A DNA stretch of 64,000 nt, from contig JAKALS010000002.1 of assembly GCA_021813145.1 (NCBI GenBank), positions 35,595 through 99,594 of the forward strand, read 5' to 3'. The notes beneath the pieces are model-generated. The model had not been told where the DNA came from and ran no database searches. It was given only the letters and a program-made list of their open reading frames with translations. Positions 33,579 through 44,468 of this stretch are shown here, piece by piece (the first letter of the stretch is position 1; every line of letters starts with the position of its first letter). Source of the DNA: a bacterium. GTDB lineage: Bacteria > Patescibacteriota > Microgenomatia > Levybacterales > UBA12049. The translations under genes and the position numbers were made by a program.

Positions 33579-33604
33579 TAGCACTTAAATATATTAAAGT
33601 GCTA
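33579..33604. other. 8-bp inverted repeat TAGCACTT-(10 nt)-AAGTGCTA just 3' of tRNA-Thr; possible terminator or processing hairpin
   Basis: Seen in sequence. There is no U-tract, so it is not a canonical intrinsic terminator. Confidence 0.2.
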
Positions 33605-33660
33605 TACCGGCGGGAAGACAAAATTTAAGACAAGGAGTATAATAAACTAATTAAATTTCT

Positions 33661-34371
33661 ATGAGAAGGTCAAGGCTTGCTCTCAAAACGGAGAAGAAGT
33701 CCAAGCAAACAATAATTCTTGCAGGTATAGGAATACTAATCATACTATTTTTGCTTGTCAAATTCGGAACAAGTGTACTTATAGGATTTAGTGTTTTTTT
33801 GGGGGGAACCAAGGCACAAACCGTTGACACTAATTCAAATTCTTCTGTGACTTTTATTCCTGCTCCCGTTTTAAATCCCCTTCCAAATGCAACAAACAGC
33901 GCTCAGGTTGTTGTTACAGGTAAAGCCCAAGCAGGTAAAACAGTTTATCTCTACATAAATAGCAGCCAACAGGATAGCACCCAAAGCGACAGCAACGGAA
34001 ATTTTAAATTTGTCGAGGCCCTGTCGGCCGGAAGCAACAATGTAGAGGCAAAAACAGTAGATGGCAGCAAAACCAGTGATTTTTCAAATTCGTATACAGT
34101 AAATTATATTAGCAAGGCTCCTTCCCTTACAGTCCTTACTCCTTCAGACGGGCAATCTTTTTCTAAAGACCAAAATACCGCAACAGTTACCGGAACAACC
34201 GATCCGGGTGTAAGCGTAACCGTTAACGGTTATTGGGCTGTTCTGGACGAAAACAATAATTTTTCTTATACTCTCCCTCTTCAAAATGGGGATAACCAGA
34301 TAAAAGTTATCGCAACCGACCAGGCAGGAAACAAAACGGAAAAAGACTTAAAGGTTACCTACTCTCAGTAA
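33661..34371 (+). CDS. Membrane-anchored protein with two bacterial Ig-like (Big) domains
   Basis: N-terminal TM (IILAGIGILIILFLLV) followed by two Ig-like repeats (VVVTGKAQAGKTVYLY... and ATVTGTTDPGVSVTVNGY...). Confidence 0.55.
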   Translation: MRRSRLALKTEKKSKQTIILAGIGILIILFLLVKFGTSVLIGFSVFLGGTKAQTVDTNSNSSVTFIPAPVLNPLPNATNSAQVVVTGKAQAGKTVYLYINSSQQDSTQSDSNGNFKFVEALSAGSNNVEAKTVDGSKTSDFSNSYTVNYISKAPSLTVLTPSDGQSFSKDQNTATVTGTTDPGVSVTVNGYWAVLDENNNFSYTLPLQNGDNQIKVIATDQAGNKTEKDLKVTYSQ

Positions 34372-35554
34372 CTGCGGCAATTATCCAAACCCATTCGAGT
34401 ATATATACATAAAACAGGCTGTTTAAAAACAGACTGTCTACCAAAAGCCCGAAGAGCGAGGAAAAAAGTACAAGTGAATAAATATTATTCTTTTTATTGT
34501 TTTCGGCAAGCTTAAATATGGAATAAAGTAAATAAACATAAAAGACAAAACCTATTATTCCTGTTGTAGCCAGAACAAAAACAAAACTATTATCTGTTCC
34601 AGCTCCCGAATGTGTAATCATCCACTCCTTGTTATTAAGCCCGTATTTGTTTTGTGCGTATCTGTATGCATCAAAACCTACTCCGTAAACAGGATTTTTC
34701 TGGAATATCCTTAACGCCACATCCAGAGAGTTAATCCTCGCCTCACCCGAAGCCGTTCTCAAAAAATTTGTTCCTTCGGTCTTAAACGATTTAGGTAGAA
34801 AAAAAATAATTAAAATAAGAGCTAAAACAGAGACAAATATAAGCTTCTTTTTTCCTATTAAAAAAAGGAAAACTGCAACAGAAATAATAAGCATCAACAG
34901 TGCACTTCTGGAATAAGTAAGATATACGCCTAAAAGAATCGGCAAATCAAGAAAAATAAAGCCCAAGAATAAAAATTTCTTATTTTCTTTAAAAAACTTA
35001 AACCCAATACCAAGAACAAGAATAAAAAGAAGTACTAGGAAAGCTCCTAAAAAATCCGGATCAAGAAAACTGGAAAACATTCTGTAAAGATGTTCGTCCC
35101 AACCTAAATAATAGAGATTTCTAAGGCTAGGATATAAAAAGTATTGTATATATCCGCCGGCCAAAACAATAATTCCATCTAAAATCAGAAGATAGGGAAT
35201 TTTTTTTATAAACTTCGGGTCAAAGTCACCGATTATATAAAAAATCGAAAGATAAGCAACCCATCTTAATAAATAAAGGGAGGAAACAAAAAACTCGTTA
35301 AGTTTAAGGTTAAAAAAATTCAAAAGAAGAGCGATTAAGGCAAAACCGGTAAAAAAGACTGAAGGTTTTAAAAGATTTGTCCTTTTTATATTTCTGTCTC
35401 TAAATATTTTAAAAATTAGCCAGGATAATATCAAAAAGGCAAGCAGGAGTTCATTTGGGGTAAAAGCTATTCCGTTGGAAAACTGTATTCTTCCTAACTC
35501 GGCAAGCGGCAGGCTAAGCAGAAAAATAATAAATATAATCTTTAATAGACCCAT
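34355..35554 (-). CDS. O-antigen ligase/polymerase (Wzy_C)-like polytopic membrane protein
   Basis: About 10 TM segments. YSRSALLML and ITHSGAGTDNSF motifs resemble the Wzy_C loop. Confidence 0.5.
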   Translation of the reverse strand: MGLLKIIFIIFLLSLPLAELGRIQFSNGIAFTPNELLLAFLILSWLIFKIFRDRNIKRTNLLKPSVFFTGFALIALLLNFFNLKLNEFFVSSLYLLRWVAYLSIFYIIGDFDPKFIKKIPYLLILDGIIVLAGGYIQYFLYPSLRNLYYLGWDEHLYRMFSSFLDPDFLGAFLVLLFILVLGIGFKFFKENKKFLFLGFIFLDLPILLGVYLTYSRSALLMLIISVAVFLFLIGKKKLIFVSVLALILIIFFLPKSFKTEGTNFLRTASGEARINSLDVALRIFQKNPVYGVGFDAYRYAQNKYGLNNKEWMITHSGAGTDNSFVFVLATTGIIGFVFYVYLLYSIFKLAENNKKNNIYSLVLFSSLFGLLVDSLFLNSLFYVYILEWVWIIAAVTESR

Positions 35555-37164
35555 TCTTTTCCTCCGTCTTTGTATAGTTTAACATGTGTGACAGGGTTTA
35601 CATAAACCAAAACCCAAGAATTAAATTTGGAAGGCAGTACTGTATTTTGAGTAGCTATGTAATTGAACTTGTCCCCTTTTCTAACCCAGGTCGAGTCCGT
35701 AAACGGAAAGTCCACGTAATAAAGATTATGGAATCCGTATAAAAGGACATTATCGGATTTTTTTATATGGGAAGCAAAATAACCGTCCGTATCATAGAAA
35801 TCTCCATAGGAAAAGTTTAGGTGTGCTGTAAGATATGATGATTTACTTTCTTTTCCTAAAATTACCGGGATAAATCTTTTATTAGCCATAAACCTGTATC
35901 CGACAGAAGAAAAAAATATGATAAAGATAACAAAAACAAGAAACCATTTTAAATTTTTATTTTTGATAAAAAAGACCGCATAAACTGAAATAAACGAGAA
36001 AGCAGGAAGATATGGAAGGATAAATCTTCCTCCTCCGACTCTTGGTGTAATGTACCAGAAAAAAAGAGCAAGAAGCGAATAGGCAAAAATTATCTTTATA
36101 CGTTTTCCCGTTTTAAAAATAATTAGAAGGACCAAAGGAACCGAAATCAAATAAAATGGAGAAATCGGATCACTCGAGAATAAAAAAAGATTAATAATAT
36201 CCTTTGGAAAATTCAGAACATCCGGAATAGAAAAGTTTGTGCCTGTATTAACACTGTTGTCAAAAAAGGGGTAGAGAGGATTTCCCGTATTAATAAAAGA
36301 AAATATAAACCATGGAAGAGGCACGGCAAGCGAGAAAAAAATAAACAGGAAAGAATTCTTTAAGAAAATAAACAGCCTTATCTTTTCTTTTAAGGCTATT
36401 ATAAAAAGTAGTATTAAGAATATTAAAAGAGATTCGAGGGCAAGGACTTTGGCAGAAACGGCAAAACCAAGCATCAAGGCAGATAAAATAAGTTTCTTCG
36501 AATTTTTTTGCTCCAACCACTCTATAAAGCCGAAAAGAGCGGTTAACTCAAAAAAAGTCCTTGATAAATCGATGTAGGCAGATATCGTTTCCCATCCGAC
36601 CACCAAGTTTGAATAAAATACTAAAAGAACAAGTAACGAAAAATTCCGTGGGAGGAATTTTCTTGATAATCTATAAAGAACAAAAAGTACAAGGATTCCG
36701 AATATAAAATGGGTAAATTTAGCCAGGGTTGAATTTCCAAACATCAAAGCAGGGACATAAATCATTTCCGTTAGTTTTGGCATATCGGAGTAGTAAAGAA
36801 GATTTCCCGGAATATTAAATATAGAATGGTATGTTATGTAAATTTTAGGAAGAGTAAGATGATACCATAAAGCGTCAAATCCTATTTCTGGACCCAAAAC
36901 GCCGATAAAATTTACAATAATCTGGACAATAAGAAAAAAAATTAAAATCAGAGAAAATTTATCTCTTAAATAGAATGTTTTTTTAAGATTTTTTAAAAAA
37001 ACGGTCAGCTTATCTCTAAAAAGAATAACTCCGATAATAAAATATAAAGAAGAAAGTGCGAAAACAACATTTTTATATAATAATCCGGATATCCCGAGAA
37101 AGAAAATAAGATACGAATATAAACCTATCAAAATTGCCAATGCAAACATATACCTCCCCTGCAA
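35542..37164 (-). CDS. Large polytopic membrane protein, putative GT-C-type glycosyltransferase
   Basis: More than 10 predicted TM helices and a C-terminal soluble tail. Located in the glycosylation locus. No diagnostic motif recognised. Confidence 0.3.
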   Translation of the reverse strand: MQGRYMFALAILIGLYSYLIFFLGISGLLYKNVVFALSSLYFIIGVILFRDKLTVFLKNLKKTFYLRDKFSLILIFFLIVQIIVNFIGVLGPEIGFDALWYHLTLPKIYITYHSIFNIPGNLLYYSDMPKLTEMIYVPALMFGNSTLAKFTHFIFGILVLFVLYRLSRKFLPRNFSLLVLLVFYSNLVVGWETISAYIDLSRTFFELTALFGFIEWLEQKNSKKLILSALMLGFAVSAKVLALESLLIFLILLFIIALKEKIRLFIFLKNSFLFIFFSLAVPLPWFIFSFINTGNPLYPFFDNSVNTGTNFSIPDVLNFPKDIINLFLFSSDPISPFYLISVPLVLLIIFKTGKRIKIIFAYSLLALFFWYITPRVGGGRFILPYLPAFSFISVYAVFFIKNKNLKWFLVFVIFIIFFSSVGYRFMANKRFIPVILGKESKSSYLTAHLNFSYGDFYDTDGYFASHIKKSDNVLLYGFHNLYYVDFPFTDSTWVRKGDKFNYIATQNTVLPSKFNSWVLVYVNPVTHVKLYKDGGKEWVY

Positions 37165-37225
37165 AGAATATAATTAAGATAAAAAGCCAATATAACTAAA
37201 GACCAGATAATAAAGATAAAAGCAG

Positions 37226-37978
37226 CTATTTTTTTTGCCATAGGAGCCAAAGTTTTCCCCTTACGAGAAAGGAATGAAGACTCATCATAATTGCAAAGAC
37301 CAATCCTTCCACTCCGTCGAGAAAGCCAAGTTTAAGTATAAAATTAAGCTTAAATTTCGCAAGAGGATATACAACTATTTGCCAGGGCTTAACGGTTACC
37401 CCTTTTTCATGAAGTTCCCGTGCCCTTAAGTCGGTATATCCGTTTATTTCTCTTAAAAATTCCTCTATTGTAGGATGCGGGTAATGATAAAGAAAATTTT
37501 TTAAATTTCCCTTACCCCCTTCCATATTCCATACTTCATGAACTTTACCGCTCCACTTTCCCTTATTTTTTCTTCCGAGCCTTAATAGCCTTATGTTTCC
37601 GGTTTCTCCATGCTTTAAATTTTTTCCCCAAATAACATCTTCCCTTTTTATATAAAACCCGTTCTCTTTTATGTTTTTGTCCTCCAAAAGATCCTGAATC
37701 TCTCCTTTTAAAGAATTACTTAATCTCTCATCCGCATCTATAAACAGTACCCAGTCATTTCTTGATTTTGTAAGTCCGAAATTTCTTTGGGAGGAAAAAT
37801 CATTTTCAAGTCTTCTTTGAAAAACTTTAACTCTGGGGCCATAGTTTCTTACCACCTCAAGTGTCCTGTCTGTAGAAAAATCATCCACTATTAGTATCTC
37901 ATCGCACCACGAAACACTATCAAGGCAATCCACAATATTGTTTTCTTCGTTTTTTGTAAGAATAACTGCGCTTATCAT
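37226..37978 (-). CDS. Glycosyltransferase family 2
   Basis: ISAVILTKNEE, VDDFSTDRT and DADE (DxD) motifs. Confidence 0.8.
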   Translation of the reverse strand: MISAVILTKNEENNIVDCLDSVSWCDEILIVDDFSTDRTLEVVRNYGPRVKVFQRRLENDFSSQRNFGLTKSRNDWVLFIDADERLSNSLKGEIQDLLEDKNIKENGFYIKREDVIWGKNLKHGETGNIRLLRLGRKNKGKWSGKVHEVWNMEGGKGNLKNFLYHYPHPTIEEFLREINGYTDLRARELHEKGVTVKPWQIVVYPLAKFKLNFILKLGFLDGVEGLVFAIMMSLHSFLVRGKLWLLWQKK

Positions 37979-40155
37979 GGCTTATAAACTCTTATTCCGT
38001 TTTTTGTCTCCCAAACTACTATCTTTGTGTTTGCATCTTTCCGGGAGGGAGGGTGTCCTCCATACCAGAGTAGATATTCGTAGTTCATTGTAAAACTTAC
38101 GAATTGGCTCCCCTCTCCCCTTCCGATTAGATTGTACTCCTTATTTCCGGCCAAGGAAATTATCTTATTGACGGCTTGTTGTCTTTTTTCAAGGTCCGGA
38201 ACTTTATCGTTATTATAGGAAGAATAAATATTTAAAATAGCAATAATAATTAGTGCTGCCAAAACCGGATATTTTAGATTATTGAATTTTAATATAAATT
38301 CAAAAAGTAAAGAGACCGAATAAATAATCAGGGGAAAAAGTATAAAAAGATAGGCGTCAGAAGGAGTCTGATTTGCAAGTATACCCGCAAAAGAAAATAA
38401 CAGAAGTATAAACAATACAAATTTTGCTTCTTCTATCTTAAAATTATTTTTAGCATTCAGATAAATTAAATACGCAGAGGAAAGGATAAACAATAGCAAA
38501 GAAATCAAAAAGTTGGATTGTAATACGAGTTTTTGAATATTCTGACCCAAGAAAACTAAAACACGGTATAAGTTCCCGGTAAAACTTCCGGAACTATGTT
38601 TAATTAAAAAGCTGAAAGGTTTATATACTGTCCATCCCAAAAATATTATGGTCTGGGTAAAACCGTGTGTCGAATCATAAACAATAATCGGGAACATCGG
38701 GACAATAACCGCAAGCGCGGAATAAATCAAAATTCTTGAGTTTTTTAATCCCGTCAACCATTGTTTCTTTTTTATTAAACCATATAGAAAAATTAGCAGA
38801 AACGGGAAAAACAGAATGAATGTGGAGAGTTCAAGATTATATAATACGGCTATTAAAAATAGTATTAATGGAAAATATTTAATATTACCTTTAATCCATT
38901 TATAAATAGCAAGGATGTACAAAATTGTGAAAAGAGGAATCGGAGTCGGATCAAAAGGCATTCTGTCGTAAAAAACAATCAGAGGGGAAAATGCATAAAG
39001 AAAAGCGCTTATTAATCCAACTTTTTTAGAAAATATATTTGCTCCGACAAGGTATATGGCTAAAATTGAAAGTAATCCTGTAAATATCGTAATATAAGCT
39101 CCCGAAAGAGGATTAAACTTAAAAATCAGAAATCCTAATGCAAGCATGTAAGTCCACAAAGGCCCCTGATGAAGCCATGTGTGACTGGAAGTAATACCGA
39201 CAAGGGGGATAATTCCCTTTATTAATAAATCTCTTGCCGATAAATAAAACCACCCCTGGTCGCCTATAAAAATCATTCCGTTTGAAAGGTTATAAAGCCT
39301 TAAGGCCAAAGCCGAAACCAAAAGAGCCAAAATAAAGAGCGATGTTTTATTAATTTTTAAAATGAGTTCCAGGCTTAATGCCTGCAGTATTCCAAAATAT
39401 TTTTTAAAATAAAGATATCTGCTTTTCTCAAAATACTTATCCCTTTCCTTAAGCTGATTTGTGCTTTGGGCAACCCGGTGGATAATTTTTGAGGCCGAGT
39501 CTATATAGAGTTTGTATCCAATTTTTCTGACCCGTTTTGATAAGTCATTCTCTTCAAAGTATAAAAAGAACTCTTCGTCAAATCTCCCAACTTCATGAAA
39601 AATTCCCGAAGGAATCATTAATGCGGCACCGTAAACAGTTTCCACTTCTTTAACCGGTTGTTTTTTCCAATCATCCAGGGAATAATATTCTGCAACACTG
39701 AACTTTCTAAAACTTTTCCTCAGAAAAGAAAAGGTAAAAAAAGCATTTATAAAGTTAAGCTCCTTATATCCCTGTCTGTCTAAAGGTTTGTTATCAGATC
39801 CAACAATAAGTGGAGAAACTATTCCCGCCTCTTTATGCTGTTTTAAAAAATCATATAATTCGTCAATAGCACCGTTTGTAACTTGAGTATCCGGATTAAG
39901 GAAAAACAAAATTTCTCCCTTTGCGTTTTTTGCACCCAGGTTGTTTCCCCCACCGTATCCTAAATTCTTTGTGCTTTTTATATAACTTAACTTAGGAAAT
40001 TGTTTCTTTAGGTCTTTTCCTATTGTTTTTACTTCATCGTTATCAACGACTATTATTTCAAACGGGGTCTTGGGTTTTGACGCATAAATAGATTTTAAAC
40101 ACTCAAATAGTTTTTCCTTTACTTTATAATGGACAATAATTATAGAGATCTTCAT
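37975..40155 (-). CDS. Fusion protein: N-terminal GT2 catalytic domain + C-terminal polytopic (GT-C/ArnT-PMT-like) membrane domain
   Basis: N-terminus KISIIIVHYKV...FLNPDTQV is GT2. The C-terminal roughly 450 aa carries about 12 TM helices. Confidence 0.65.
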   Translation of the reverse strand: MKISIIIVHYKVKEKLFECLKSIYASKPKTPFEIIVVDNDEVKTIGKDLKKQFPKLSYIKSTKNLGYGGGNNLGAKNAKGEILFFLNPDTQVTNGAIDELYDFLKQHKEAGIVSPLIVGSDNKPLDRQGYKELNFINAFFTFSFLRKSFRKFSVAEYYSLDDWKKQPVKEVETVYGAALMIPSGIFHEVGRFDEEFFLYFEENDLSKRVRKIGYKLYIDSASKIIHRVAQSTNQLKERDKYFEKSRYLYFKKYFGILQALSLELILKINKTSLFILALLVSALALRLYNLSNGMIFIGDQGWFYLSARDLLIKGIIPLVGITSSHTWLHQGPLWTYMLALGFLIFKFNPLSGAYITIFTGLLSILAIYLVGANIFSKKVGLISAFLYAFSPLIVFYDRMPFDPTPIPLFTILYILAIYKWIKGNIKYFPLILFLIAVLYNLELSTFILFFPFLLIFLYGLIKKKQWLTGLKNSRILIYSALAVIVPMFPIIVYDSTHGFTQTIIFLGWTVYKPFSFLIKHSSGSFTGNLYRVLVFLGQNIQKLVLQSNFLISLLLFILSSAYLIYLNAKNNFKIEEAKFVLFILLLFSFAGILANQTPSDAYLFILFPLIIYSVSLLFEFILKFNNLKYPVLAALIIIAILNIYSSYNNDKVPDLEKRQQAVNKIISLAGNKEYNLIGRGEGSQFVSFTMNYEYLLWYGGHPPSRKDANTKIVVWETKNGIRVYKP

Positions 40156-41249
40156 TTTAATTTGCCTAAAATAAAATCTTCCAGCTCTTTACCCCTTTTT
40201 TCCCAGCTCCAGTTGTCTTGAACATATATTGAGGCATTTTTACCCATTTTTCTAAGAGTATCTGGATTATTTAAAAGTTCATCTAGGTTTCTTGCAAAAA
40301 GCTTTGGGTCTCTTTTTAGAACGTATCCAGTTTTATTATTGATAACTGTCTCCGGGTGCGCCCCTTCGTTTACTGCAATAACGGCAGCACCGCAAGCCAT
40401 TGCCTCAAGTGGAACTAATCCGAGCGGCTCTCTGTAAGCTGGCGCTACTAAAACTTTTGTTCTTTGATAAACATCCAAAAGTTGTTTATCGTTTAACCAT
40501 TCATTTTCAAAAATAATAATTCTTGTTTTCGGTTTAGACTTCATGTTCTTTATAACTTCCTCAAAAAATGGATAACCATCCAGAAAATCATAAGAGCCTA
40601 TAAATAATAAATCTATGTTTTTATCTGTATAACGAGGCACAAAAAATTTTGTATCAACTCCATAATATACAACATCTCCTTTTCTTCCGTATGCTCGGTA
40701 AAATTCTCTCTCGCAAAAACTAGAAATTGAAATAATATAACTTGCTTTACTTATATTCCATTTGTCCAAATATTTTCTAACAAATCTATTAACGCCCTCG
40801 TACTTCACTTTATACCATTCAAGGCCATCTCGCTTAAATAAATCCGGCTCATAAATAATCCTGTAATATGGATCATTACAATAAAAAAATGTGGGAAGTT
40901 TTAAAAATTGCAATACAAAAGGAGATTCAATAAAAAAAGATGCAGCTATGTAAGCAGCGTTATACTTTCTTTTTTCTATGTCTGCAGCTATTTTCTTGTC
41001 TAATAAATATAACCTAAAAAGCTCTATGCTATCTTTATACAGTCTTGTTTTCCAATCATGTCCCTTCCATTTTTTTGGTTTAAATTTATATAAAAATATA
41101 TTGCTATAAATTTTTTTTTCTTCCTCTTGCAATTTCCCAATAGTATATAAATCCACCTCATGACCTCTCATTTTGAGCTGCCTTGCAAATTCATTCGTAC
41201 CTCTTCTTGCACCACCTTTATGAAGCTGATGATAAAAAGCTATTCTCAT
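40152..41249 (-). CDS. Glycosyltransferase family 4 (GT-B)
   Basis: EPLGLVPLEAMACGAAVIA, the E-x7-E region. Confidence 0.75.
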   Translation of the reverse strand: MRIAFYHQLHKGGARRGTNEFARQLKMRGHEVDLYTIGKLQEEEKKIYSNIFLYKFKPKKWKGHDWKTRLYKDSIELFRLYLLDKKIAADIEKRKYNAAYIAASFFIESPFVLQFLKLPTFFYCNDPYYRIIYEPDLFKRDGLEWYKVKYEGVNRFVRKYLDKWNISKASYIISISSFCEREFYRAYGRKGDVVYYGVDTKFFVPRYTDKNIDLLFIGSYDFLDGYPFFEEVIKNMKSKPKTRIIIFENEWLNDKQLLDVYQRTKVLVAPAYREPLGLVPLEAMACGAAVIAVNEGAHPETVINNKTGYVLKRDPKLFARNLDELLNNPDTLRKMGKNASIYVQDNWSWEKRGKELEDFILGKLK

Positions 41250-41251
41250 AA

Positions 41252-42517
41252 TTATCTCCCCTTGCTTATCTTGTAAATAAAATAGAGAATTATCGGAAAT
41301 TCCGTCAAAGATGATAGCAGGGCGGAATATCCTGCTCCTACCATCCCAAAATAGATAACCAATGGATAAATTGTAATAATTAGGGTTATAAATCTTACAA
41401 AAATCATAAAAGTAACATATCTTTGTTTTTCTAGTGCCAAAAACATGGCAGAAGATGGACCCATTGCCGCTCTTATTATTCCATATATAGAAAGAACTCT
41501 TAAGACAGGAGCTGCACTAACCCATTGTTGGCCCAAAATTACAGTTATTACTTCTTTTGGGAACAAAAATATAATCCCGCCTGCAATTATTGTTAGGAAC
41601 GATATTACCCCGGTACTCTTCCAGAATGCAGAAATAAGCCGTTTTTTATCTTGATCTATTTTTGAAAAAACCGGAAAAATAACAATATTAGCTACATCCG
41701 AGATCTCTGAAATAGGGATATAAGAGACTTTATAAGCCATCTGGTAAAGACCCAAGGTTGTAGCACCAAGAACTTTTCCGACAACAATGTTGTCTCCATT
41801 CTCGCTAAAGTAATTGAAAATACCGTAGGCAGTAACCCATTTACCCTTATGGAATATCTCCTTAAGATAATTGTTATTGAATTTTAATTTAGGCAAGGGT
41901 TTTACGACTGTAAAGGACAATATTACTTCTAAAATTGAACCTGCAAGAAGGCCAAAGGCTAAACTATAAACGGAATGTGTAATTAAAGCTGCTATTATTG
42001 CAACTGCCGCATCTGTAAAATAAAGTGTGGTTCTAAACAAAAATTCGTAATTAAATGTCAAATTTTTTTGAAATCTTACTTCGGCAGGATTAATAAAACC
42101 TTTTATCAATGGCGACAATCCGATCAGCAAAATTATATTCAAGGATGCAGGAGTGTTAAAAAAAGAAGCTACAAAAGGCGCCGAAAGCAATATTATCAGG
42201 AAAATAAAAGCTCCTCTCAGAATCGAAAGTATCCACGCCGAATCTAGATATTCCTCTATTTGTTTCTGACTTTGTATTAAAACAACATTAAGACCTGTTT
42301 CTGTTAGAATCTGCAAAAAAGAAAGTAATAAAGTTGCTATTCCGAAGATACCGAATTCCGCTGGAGTGAGTAACCGTGCTAAAACCGCTATCTTTACAAA
42401 TGTTAAAGCCCTATTGGTCATACGCAAACCTGACATCCAGGAAACACCTTTTATAGCGCTTTTCGTATAACCCATATTTAGTATTGAAATTATACCAGTT
42501 TTACCCATATAATACAC
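41252..42517 (-). CDS. Polysaccharide/oligosaccharide flippase (Wzx/MOP superfamily)
   Basis: About 12 TM. MOP-like organisation within the glycosylation locus. Confidence 0.55.
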   Translation of the reverse strand: MYYMGKTGIISILNMGYTKSAIKGVSWMSGLRMTNRALTFVKIAVLARLLTPAEFGIFGIATLLLSFLQILTETGLNVVLIQSQKQIEEYLDSAWILSILRGAFIFLIILLSAPFVASFFNTPASLNIILLIGLSPLIKGFINPAEVRFQKNLTFNYEFLFRTTLYFTDAAVAIIAALITHSVYSLAFGLLAGSILEVILSFTVVKPLPKLKFNNNYLKEIFHKGKWVTAYGIFNYFSENGDNIVVGKVLGATTLGLYQMAYKVSYIPISEISDVANIVIFPVFSKIDQDKKRLISAFWKSTGVISFLTIIAGGIIFLFPKEVITVILGQQWVSAAPVLRVLSIYGIIRAAMGPSSAMFLALEKQRYVTFMIFVRFITLIITIYPLVIYFGMVGAGYSALLSSLTEFPIILYFIYKISKGR

Positions 42518-42534
42518 TAAATTCTGCCCTCTGT

Positions 42535-43749
42535 ATGAAAATTAAAAAGTGCAGGTCTTGCGGCTCCAAGAACCTTATAAATATTCTGTCTTTAGGCAAT
42601 CAATATCTTTCGGATTTTGTAAAAATCAATAGAAAACCAAAATCTTTTCCTCTTAACATGATTCTTTGCAAAGATTGTTTTCTGGTCCAGCTCGACTACT
42701 CGGCTCCTCAAAAATATTTGTATACCGAAAGATACGGCTATAAATCAGGAATTAACCAAACAATGCAGAATGAGCTAAAAGAAATTGCCCAAAAATCCTT
42801 AAAACTTGCGGGAAAATCAAAAGATAAAATAATCGCAGTAGATATTGGCGCTAACGATGGAACTCTTTTAAAAAATTATCCGTTGAGTGTCTACAGAATT
42901 GCCGTAGAACCCATAAGAAAATTTGCAAAAGAAGCAAAAAAATCTTCCGATAAAGTTGTCAACGATTTTTTCACCTACGAATCTTTCAACAAAAATATAA
43001 AGAATAAAAAAGCAGACATTGTTACCGTTATTTCTTGTTTTTACGATATGGAAGAACCGAATAAATTTATCTCGGATGTAAAAAAAATTATGAAAGAAGA
43101 CGGAATATGCGTAATACAGCAAAACTATCTGGTAAGTATGTTAAAACAGAATGCCTTCGATAACATAGTACATGAACATCTGGAATACTACACCCTTCTT
43201 TCCCTTAATAATCTTTTAGAAAAACACGGGCTTGAAGTTTTTGACGTAGAAGAAAGAGAATTAAACGGGGGAAGCTTCAGGACATATATTGCTGTTAAGG
43301 GGAATAGAAAAATTTCCAAAAGTGTTTTAAAAATGCAAAAAGTAGAGGAAAAATTAGGCCTGAACAAAAAAGCTGTTTACCTGGAGTTTGCCAAAAGAAT
43401 TAAAGATAACAAGAAAAAGATTTATGAATTTATCAAAAAACAAAATGAAAAAGGAAAAACTGTTTATCTTTACGGTGCCTCAACGAGAGGCAATACTCTC
43501 TTACAGTATTTCGGCCTAGATAGACAATTTATAAAAAAAGCGGTGGAAAGAAATCCTGAGAAATGGGGAAAGATAATAGCCTCTGTCGGAATTCCTATAA
43601 TTTCCGAAGAGGAAGCAAGAAAAGACAAACCAGATTATATGCTGGTGTTGCCCTGGTTTTTTAAAGAGGAATTCTTAAAAAGGGAAAAGAAATATCTGGA
43701 CAACGGAGGACATTTCATATTCCCCCTTCCTAAACTTAAGGTAGTTTAA
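42535..43749 (+). CDS. SAM-dependent C-methyltransferase (TylCIII/NDP-hexose C-methyltransferase-like) with N-terminal Zn-ribbon
   Basis: CRSCGS...CKDC zinc ribbon, SAM motif VDIGANDGTLL, and a C-terminal C-methyltransferase-like domain. ATG at 42535 is preferred over the overlapping upstream start at 42484. Confidence 0.55.
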   Translation: MKIKKCRSCGSKNLINILSLGNQYLSDFVKINRKPKSFPLNMILCKDCFLVQLDYSAPQKYLYTERYGYKSGINQTMQNELKEIAQKSLKLAGKSKDKIIAVDIGANDGTLLKNYPLSVYRIAVEPIRKFAKEAKKSSDKVVNDFFTYESFNKNIKNKKADIVTVISCFYDMEEPNKFISDVKKIMKEDGICVIQQNYLVSMLKQNAFDNIVHEHLEYYTLLSLNNLLEKHGLEVFDVEERELNGGSFRTYIAVKGNRKISKSVLKMQKVEEKLGLNKKAVYLEFAKRIKDNKKKIYEFIKKQNEKGKTVYLYGASTRGNTLLQYFGLDRQFIKKAVERNPEKWGKIIASVGIPIISEEEARKDKPDYMLVLPWFFKEEFLKREKKYLDNGGHFIFPLPKLKVV

Positions 43750-44468
43750 ATAATCCTCATCTTTATCACACAAAATAGGGAATTTAAGAGTTCTTTCGTA
43801 TTTACATTAGACTTACCGTACACTCTGTAATTCCATGTTATCGGAACTTCTCCTATCGAATAACCTTTAAGATATATTTTATATGCACTTTCCGAAAGAG
43901 TTATAAAACCTTTTGAATACATCCTTGTTTTTGTTAGATAATTGACCGAGCGCCGGCTGTAAAGTCTAAACCCGCTCGTATGGTCGCTTAAATGAATTCC
44001 CAGCCAATAGTATAAAAATCTGTTTATCATTCTACTCATTATTGTTCTGTCTGGAGCAATATTTATTATTTTTCCTCCGGGCAGATACCTGGATCCTATT
44101 ACAAGATCAAATTTTTTTTCCTTAATTTTTTCCATAAATCTTTTCATTTCTTTGGGATCGTGTGCCAAATCCGAATCCATCTCGAAAACATAGTTTATTT
44201 CTCTATCTTTTAAAGCCTCTTTAAAACCTTCTATTACCGCACTTCCCCTCCCGCCTTTTTTAAATCTTGATATAAGCATTGTATTTCTTTTCCCTTTAAG
44301 TATGGCCTTGAGTTTTTTATTTTCTTTAGGCAAAGAATCGTCTACTATAATTATTTTTGCCGAAGGAAACAGTTTTCTTATACCCTTCATCAAGATAGAT
44401 ATATTCTTTACCTCGTTATACGAAGGAATCACTATTGCAAAATTATTTTTCATAAATAGTAACTGCAA
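43746..44468 (-). CDS. GT2 polyprenol-phosphate sugar synthase (dolichol-P-mannose synthase-like)
   Basis: [21 protein letters not shown] and DSDLAHDP are typical of DPM1/GtrB-like enzymes. Confidence 0.7.
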   Translation of the reverse strand: MQLLFMKNNFAIVIPSYNEVKNISILMKGIRKLFPSAKIIIVDDSLPKENKKLKAILKGKRNTMLISRFKKGGRGSAVIEGFKEALKDREINYVFEMDSDLAHDPKEMKRFMEKIKEKKFDLVIGSRYLPGGKIINIAPDRTIMSRMINRFLYYWLGIHLSDHTSGFRLYSRRSVNYLTKTRMYSKGFITLSESAYKIYLKGYSIGEVPITWNYRVYGKSNVNTKELLNSLFCVIKMRII